Source: a virus. From it: DNA of 35,613 nucleotides. The stretch is from IMG/VR virus record IMGVR_UViG_3300045988_062966, positions 1-35,613 of that record; one strand, written 5' to 3'. The position numbers and the translations under genes are program-made. This document shows, piece by piece, positions 31,894 to 35,613 of this stretch (positions within the stretch are counted from its first letter, which is position 1; every line of letters starts with the position of its first letter). The notes under the pieces were generated by a model. The model saw only the letters and a program-made list of their open reading frames with translations, made no database searches and was not told where the DNA came from.

Positions 31894-32598
31894 TTATAAC
31901 GGTGTTGGTGAGTTGTCTGCTTCTGCGGCCGCCTGCTTGCACTTCTCATGGAAGCCCGAGTCAACCAGTTGCTTCCTCTCGTGCTTCGTCAGCTTGCTCG
32001 AGAACCACTCCTTGTAAGGCTCGGTTCCTCTGCTTGCCGCCTCAGACGCTGCGGCCTCAAGCGCTGCGGTATCGGGATAGGTTCCTTCGATCGGTTCCTG
32101 AGCCGGGGCGGGAGCCGCCCGCGGAGCGGGACTTGCGGCGGGCTTTGCGGGAGCCTTCTGGTTGCTCCTGCCCTTCGGCTGAGACTTCTGCTTACCGTCG
32201 TCGAGGTTGCTGCCGTCGTTGTCGTCGTCAGCGGCGATTCCGAGGAAGGTCGAAAGGCTGTAGCGGCAGGCGTAGGTGCGCGTCGCGCCGATACCCTGAG
32301 CGGAAGAGGAAGAGGAGCCCAGTCTCACGACGGGCATCGTCAGCACGCCGGAGGAGAGGACTTCGCCGGTCTTGTATCCGAGGACTGTCTCGACGCTGAC
32401 GTTCACGCCGTCGCTTGTGACCTTCTGGAAGAGATAAATTCCGTGCGCATTGAGGGCCGGGCGAACGGCCGCAAGGATTTCGGCCAAGTCGGCGTACATG
32501 CCGTAGGCGGCCTTTTTAGTTTTGTTCGGCGCTTTGAATTCGGCCTGAGCGGCCGCAAGCGCCTCGAAAATGGAGGCGTGTTCAGTGTTGCCGGTCAT
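31894..32598 (-). CDS. erf: ERF-family single-strand annealing recombinase
   Basis: IFEALAAAQAEFKAPNKTKKA..YADLAEILAAVRPALNAHGIYLFQ...GATRTYACRYSLSTFLGIAADDDNDG. Confidence 0.8.
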   Translation of the reverse strand: MTGNTEHASIFEALAAAQAEFKAPNKTKKAAYGMYADLAEILAAVRPALNAHGIYLFQKVTSDGVNVSVETVLGYKTGEVLSSGVLTMPVVRLGSSSSSAQGIGATRTYACRYSLSTFLGIAADDDNDGSNLDDGKQKSQPKGRSNQKAPAKPAASPAPRAAPAPAQEPIEGTYPDTAALEAAASEAASRGTEPYKEWFSSKLTKHERKQLVDSGFHEKCKQAAAEADNSPTPL

Positions 32599-32614
32599 GT
32601 ATGATTCTCCGCAG

Positions 32615-32833
32615 TTAAAAGAAAAAGACTTCGCCGAAATCTTTCAGTTCCTCGGCGTTGTCTTCGTCTTGACCAGAGGTGTGGGCCGAAGCACGTTCTG
32701 CTTCCCACACCTCTTTTGCTTTCTGCTCGTCGTCCGGATCGAAGAAGTCCGGAGAGACCGAGAGGAGGTAGCTTTCGCCCTTCTGGGGGGCGAAGTCGCT
32801 AGCGGTAGCGGTAGCTGTTGCGGTTGCGTTCAT
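32615..32833 (-). CDS. Hypothetical small acidic protein
   Basis: AAAGGTGG lies upstream of ATG 32833. The N-terminus has an Ala-Thr repeat and the body is D/E-rich. Confidence 0.45.
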   Translation of the reverse strand: MNATATATATASDFAPQKGESYLLSVSPDFFDPDDEQKAKEVWEAERASAHTSGQDEDNAEELKDFGEVFFF

Positions 32834-32868
32834 TTGAACCACCTTTCTAGAAGGTATTTCAGGAAAGC

Positions 32869-32893
32869 AAAAAGCCCGCCTTGAGAGACGGGC
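32869..32893 (-). terminator. Intrinsic terminator (minus strand GCCCG-N10-CGGGC + TTTTT)
   Basis: Read directly. Confidence 0.55.
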
Positions 32894-32924
32894 CTTGCGG
32901 GTATTCTGTGAGGGTGAGCTGGGA

Positions 32925-33185
32925 TCATGCTACGGCCTCCTCATCGCGGTTGTAGTCGTTGTCTAGCACCCAATTCGTGAGGTCGCAGAGGCGAGCAATG
33001 GTCTTGTCGTCATAGCGCTCCCAGTCGCCTTTGAAGTAGGCCCGGAGCTTGCGATCAGCGTCGAGGACGACGCACCAATGCGGCGCGTGGATTTCCTCAG
33101 CGAGTTCGGTGCTGAGGTCAAGCATCCAGTCTGGATCCTCGTCGTAGTCTGGAGCACCCTCATAGTTTCCGGGATAGCTTTTCAT
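32925..33185 (-). CDS. Hypothetical small acidic protein
   Basis: 86-aa ORF, coupled to the upstream gene by an ATGA overlap. Confidence 0.5.
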   Translation of the reverse strand: MKSYPGNYEGAPDYDEDPDWMLDLSTELAEEIHAPHWCVVLDADRKLRAYFKGDWERYDDKTIARLCDLTNWVLDNDYNRDEEAVA

Positions 33186-33376
33186 TCTTCGTCCTCCGGG
33201 GCTTCTGAAAGAAGTTCGTCGATCCTGGCTCGCAGCTCTTCGTTCTCGCTCTCGAAGCCGGCGATATCGTCTTTGAGAGAGTCAATCTCACTTTGAGCGT
33301 CTTCAATGCGGCCTTCATTGCTCTCGATCTCTGATTCGAGATCGTCGATTTCTGCTTGGATTTCGTCTCTGGTCAT
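33182..33376 (-). CDS. Hypothetical acidic coiled-coil protein
   Basis: 64 aa containing EIDDLESEIESNEGRIEDAQSEIDSLKDDIAGFESENEELRARIDELL. Confidence 0.5.
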   Translation of the reverse strand: MTRDEIQAEIDDLESEIESNEGRIEDAQSEIDSLKDDIAGFESENEELRARIDELLSEAPEDEE

Positions 33377-33714
33377 GCTGCGTTATCCTCATCCTTGTCC
33401 TCGTCGTCCTGCTTTTCGAAGTCCTCGGCCACTTTGTCGGCCATGTGGAGCATCGAGATGATCCGGCCCTCGGCGCGGATGGCGTCATCCGTGCAGTCGA
33501 TCGGTCTGGCGCGTTCGAGAGCGCGCAGAAAGCCTTCCGGGTCGCGTGCGGCGCAGTCGGTGATGACGTCTGCGGTCATCGCGCTGAGGCGGATAAGGCC
33601 ATCCTTGACGCGTTTCCAGACGCAATTCTTTTCGACCATCAGGACGTAGAAGTCCTGCACTTCCTTCGGTTCACGCCGCAGGCAGCCCGGCGTGCGATAG
33701 CCGCTGTAATCCAT
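33373..33714 (-). CDS. Hypothetical protein
   Basis: AAGGAG lies upstream of ATG 33714 (internal start of tracked ORF 33373..33783). Confidence 0.5.
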   Translation of the reverse strand: MDYSGYRTPGCLRREPKEVQDFYVLMVEKNCVWKRVKDGLIRLSAMTADVITDCAARDPEGFLRALERARPIDCTDDAIRAEGRIISMLHMADKVAEDFEKQDDEDKDEDNAA

Positions 33715-33728
33715 TGTTTGGCTCCTTG

Positions 33729-33920
33729 TTAGTGCGTGGCGAAGTACGCCATCGCGTGAAAGATTCCTGTCATCAGCGCCCACCCCGCGACGACGGAGAT
33801 GAGGCCCCAGATGACCGCTTGAAGTTGTGCGAGGCGCTCGGCATTGAGATCGCGGCGGCTGAAGCCCTTGGCGGGGCTCCCGGTCAGCGTGTCGAGCAGG
33901 AATTCCGTGAACTTGGTCAT
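33729..33920 (-). CDS. Hypothetical small membrane protein
   Basis: GAGGAG lies upstream. The C-terminal TM is AVIWGLISVVAGWALMTGIF. Confidence 0.5.
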   Translation of the reverse strand: MTKFTEFLLDTLTGSPAKGFSRRDLNAERLAQLQAVIWGLISVVAGWALMTGIFHAMAYFATH

Positions 33921-34159
33921 CTGCGGCTCCTCATCTGGTGAGCAAGCGCAGCACCCGCCGCGAAGGCAAAGCCCTCGCGGGCTTCAATGTCCTCGTCAAT
34001 GTCGAGGAGCTGCTGAAGGTGCCCGCGCAGCAAGGTTTCGAGTTCGCAATCGGCCGTGTAGATCGCCTTATGGATCACACCGCGGAACCCCTTGCAGGCC
34101 TCCCACATGTCGGCGTGGTTGAACTGCCGGAAGTCCACCGGGGCTTTGTAGGTGCTCAT
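33917..34159 (-). CDS. Hypothetical protein, first gene of the early-left operon
   Basis: ATG 34159 (MSTYKAPVDF...) was chosen as the start. The longer tracked ORF (to 34333) would run through two terminators and has non-protein-like composition. Confidence 0.45.
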   Translation of the reverse strand: MSTYKAPVDFRQFNHADMWEACKGFRGVIHKAIYTADCELETLLRGHLQQLLDIDEDIEAREGFAFAAGAALAHQMRSRR

Positions 34160-34170
34160 GTCGTGCTCAA

Positions 34171-34202
34171 AGAAAAGCCCCCAGCGCGCGAAACGCTGAG
34201 GG
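34171..34202 (-). terminator. Intrinsic terminator T2 (minus strand CCCUCAGCG-N7-CGCUGGGGG + CUUUUCUUU)
   Basis: The 9-bp stem pairs fully only on the minus-strand RNA, because one position is G-U there and C-A on the plus strand. Confidence 0.6.
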
Positions 34203-34322
34203 CGTGAAAAGTGGTAGGTCAGGGTCAAGCCGCCTCCCGGAGCGTGCCTTGCATGGGGGCCGGCATTCTTGGAATAAATGCCGGGGAAGCGGCTTGAAGC
34301 TGAGCTCTCAGAGGAGAGCATG

Positions 34323-34366
34323 AAAAAGCCCACCTCAGCCCGCTCTTGAGAATGGGCTGAAGTTGG
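34323..34366 (-). terminator. Intrinsic terminator T1 (minus strand 13-bp stem CCAACUUCAGCCC/GGGCUGAGGUGGG, 12-nt loop, CUUUUU)
   Basis: Read directly. Confidence 0.7.
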
Positions 34367-34576
34367 CCCTCTCCCTCGCCGATGGTCTGAACCAACTCCC
34401 GGCGGGGGAGATTCACTGCTCAGGTCTGCCCGTGTGCGCTCTTACTCGCTCGGCGGGAGGTACTAGCTCCGCGCCTTGAAGGCTTTCCCTTCGCCCGTCT
34501 GACTAATCATCATCCGGTGCACCTCTCCGCCTTTCGGGCGGGGGTGGAGGCGTAAATCGTGCTTGGCGATTCACTA
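34367..34576 (-). ncRNA. Structured leader / candidate regulatory RNA between the PL-like promoter and T1, containing a 16-codon mini-ORF (34513..34463)
   Basis: Several GC-rich helices are read directly, for example CACC-C-CCGCC[CGAAA]GGCGG-AGA-GGUG, GAAGG[GAAAG]CCUUC and GGCG(C)GGAG[CUAGUAC]CUCCCGCC. The mini-ORF MMISQTGEGKAFKARS lies behind GGAGAGG. Confidence 0.4.
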
Positions 34577-34582
34577 TCCTCA

Positions 34583-34611
34583 ATGTTAAGCACACTTAGC
34601 ATTATTGGCAA
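34583..34611 (-). promoter_or_regulatory. PL-like promoter TTGCCA-N17-TAACAT with the operator repeat in its spacer
   Basis: The hexamers and 17-nt spacing are read on the minus strand. The spacer ATAATGCTAAGTGTGCT is repeated at 34980-34996. Confidence 0.6.
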
Positions 34612-34667
34612 GTGTTGCTTGGCTATCTGATTTGATGTGAATCAAGGATAGCAAAGTACGCTTAGTT

Positions 34668-34915
34668 TTAGAGGTCGTCTCGCGACACGTAGATCACGCG
34701 GCCATAGACGCGCAGTTGATCGCAGTCGTCGCCCGTGTATGCCTCTGGTTGATAGGCCGGGTTGTCTGATGACTCCGCTCTTGACCCATTGCGCAACGGC
34801 CGCAGTAGACACGCCGCAGTATCTGGCAAGCGCGGCTTGTGTCTTGCCCTTTGATCGATCCAAAGATCGCTACAAGGCGTTCTGCGATTGCCCTTGAATT
34901 GTCGCTTTCACTCAT
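34668..34915 (-). pseudogene. Degraded CI-type repressor: HTH split over two frames plus only the extreme C-terminus of an S24 peptidase domain in a third frame
   Basis: Frame A reads MSESDNSRAIAERLVAIFGSIKG, frame B reads KTQAALARYCGVSTAAVAQWVKSG, and frame C reads SSDNPAYQPEAYTGDDCDQLRVYGRVIYVSRDDL*. A strong SD (GAGGAGG) lies upstream of ATG 34915. Confidence 0.55.
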
Positions 34916-34946
34916 GATGAGTCCTCCTCTAAGCCAGACTAGCAAC

Positions 34947-34975
34947 TTGCACATTTTCCTCCGCTAAGGTATAAA
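34947..34975 (+). promoter_or_regulatory. PR-like promoter TTGCAC-N17-TATAAA
   Basis: Near-consensus sigma-70 hexamers with 17-nt spacing. The operator palindrome lies just downstream. Confidence 0.65.
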
Positions 34976-35002
34976 ATTAAGTACACTTAGCATTAACGCT
35001 AA
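34974..35002 (-). promoter_or_regulatory. PRM-like promoter TTAGCG-N17-TAATTT (its -10 overlaps the PR -10 on the opposite strand)
   Basis: The spacer TTAATGCTAAGTGTACT is near-identical to the PL-like spacer. Confidence 0.45.
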
Positions 35003-35003
35003 G
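34986..35003. promoter_or_regulatory. Operator palindrome CTTAGC-N6-GCTAAG
   Basis: Perfect 6-bp half-sites. Additional CTTAGC/GCTAAG-like half-sites occur at 34595, 34660, 34929, 34963 and 35020. Confidence 0.6.
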
Positions 35004-35028
35004 AAATAACATTCTTGGACTTAGGAAA

Positions 35029-35256
35029 ATGAAGAACACTTCACGGAGCAAGCCCCCTCGGCTCTCAGCGCCCGCGTCATCAGCCGTGATTGACGCACTC
35101 GGCGGCGTGACGGCTGTGAGCAAGGTGTGCGAGATTTCGACCGCTGCAGTTGCCCAGTGGAGGCGATGCGGCATCCCCAAAGCTCGGCTTCAGTACCTTC
35201 GCGAACGTTTTCGCGAAATGCCGATCATGCACACGAAAGAAGTTCGCTCCCTTTGA
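35029..35256 (+). CDS. Cro/YdaS-like HTH regulator
   Basis: VIDALGGVTAVSKVCEISTAAVAQWRRCGIPKARLQYL resembles YdaS/Cro-type HTH proteins. It is divergent from the CI remnant. Confidence 0.7.
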   Translation: MKNTSRSKPPRLSAPASSAVIDALGGVTAVSKVCEISTAAVAQWRRCGIPKARLQYLRERFREMPIMHTKEVRSL

Positions 35257-35269
35257 CGGGGGGTTGGCT

Positions 35270-35613
35270 ATGGGTATTCGTGCCATCAACTGGGCGACGA
35301 GGCAGAGGGTAGGCAACGCCACGGCGAAGCATGCTCTGCTTTGGCTTGCCTTCCATGCCAATGAGAAGTCTGGCGAGTGCTTCCCGTCCGTTGAGCTTCT
35401 GATGGAAGAAATGGAGGTCGGCTCCAAGAACACCGTCAAGGCGGCATTGAAGACCTTGATTGACGCTGGGCTGATTTATTCCAAGCGCGAGATGAGGGGA
35501 AATCGCGTGAGCCGTACTTTCTATTTTCTGAACGGCCATAGGTCAAATATTGATGGGTCAAATATTGATGGATCAAATATTGATGGATCAAATATTGATG
35601 GATCAAATATTGA
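35270..35613 (+). CDS. Replication initiator, N-terminal winged-HTH part (3-prime partial; continues at 1..710)
   Basis: INWATRQRVGNATAKHALLWLAFHANEKSGECFPSVELLMEEMEVGSKNTVKAALKTLIDAGLIYS. The ORF is open to the window end through the GSNID repeats. Confidence 0.8.
   Translation, partial: MGIRAINWATRQRVGNATAKHALLWLAFHANEKSGECFPSVELLMEEMEVGSKNTVKAALKTLIDAGLIYSKREMRGNRVSRTFYFLNGHRSNIDGSNIDGSNIDGSNIDGSNI
35541..35613 (+). repeat. Iteron array, left-hand part: 15-bp units GGTCAAATATTGATG x2 then GATCAAATATTGATG x2.9
   Basis: Tandem repeats read directly. The last 40 nt equal the first 40 nt of the window. Confidence 0.85.

Noticed and set aside
34160-34333. N-terminal extension of tracked ORF 33917..34333
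   Set aside because: The start would sit in the U-tract of terminator T1, and the frame crosses terminator T2. The composition is Ser/Gly/Pro/Arg-rich and there is no SD.
34367-34576. Assignment of the early-left leader to a known riboswitch class (ykkC/guanidine-ppGpp, cobalamin, c-di-GMP, fluoride)
   Set aside because: Only short fragments resemble these classes (ACACGG ... CCGGGAG; GAAGGGAAAGCC; CACGGGCAGACC). The required core motifs and helices are not all present. A covariance-model scan is needed before naming it.
35541-35613. Tandem repeats at both window ends as a CRISPR array
   Set aside because: The units are 15 bp and directly abutting with no spacers. They are translated in frame within the initiator gene, and no cas genes are present.
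1-35613. tRNA, rRNA or tmRNA genes
   Set aside because: I saw no cloverleaf-compatible segment with a T-loop (GTTCGAATC-like) flanked by matching stems on either strand. This was a check by eye only.

Overview
The window looks like a complete, circularly closed genome of about 35.6 kb from a contractile-tailed phage of a Gram-negative host. The last 40 nt (35574-35613) are identical to the first 40 nt. The replication-initiator gene runs off the right end and continues in frame at position 1, through a tandem iteron array.

The layout is lambdoid:
- A divergent switch at 34.6-35.3 kb holds a degraded CI-like gene, a Cro/YdaS-like gene and repeated operator-bearing promoters.
- The rightward early genes are the initiator with internal iterons, RusA and a Q-like regulator followed by a hairpin and terminator.
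- One long late operon (3.7-29.8 kb) encodes TerS, TerL, portal, Mu-F-like protein, protease/scaffold, capsid, connectors, sheath, tube, chaperone with a -1 frameshift, tape measure, baseplate, three fibre-type genes, holin, GH24 endolysin and embedded spanins.
- A leftward early operon (34.2-30.05 kb) encodes small coupled ORFs, ERF recombinase, SSB, a Gp157-like protein and a MazG-like protein.

Most unusual observations:
1. TerL carries a class-1 intein whose HNH homing endonuclease is encoded in a different reading frame from the intein. It is overprinted, and the intein frame stays open across it.
2. A perfect 39-bp inverted repeat brackets a 187-bp segment at the late/early convergence point and supplies the C-terminus of the last early gene.
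3. A leader of about 250 nt with a 16-codon mini-ORF and two tandem intrinsic terminators lies between the PL-like promoter and the early-left genes.
4. A promoter-to-terminator moron encodes a 43-aa C-terminally hydrophobic peptide behind a highly structured leader, resembling a type I toxin.
5. Three accessory or lysogeny genes survive only as remnants: a CI repressor, an 82-aa P4-type integrase arm domain, and an in-frame internally deleted DNA methyltransferase.

All family assignments come from motif recognition by eye. No database search was run.
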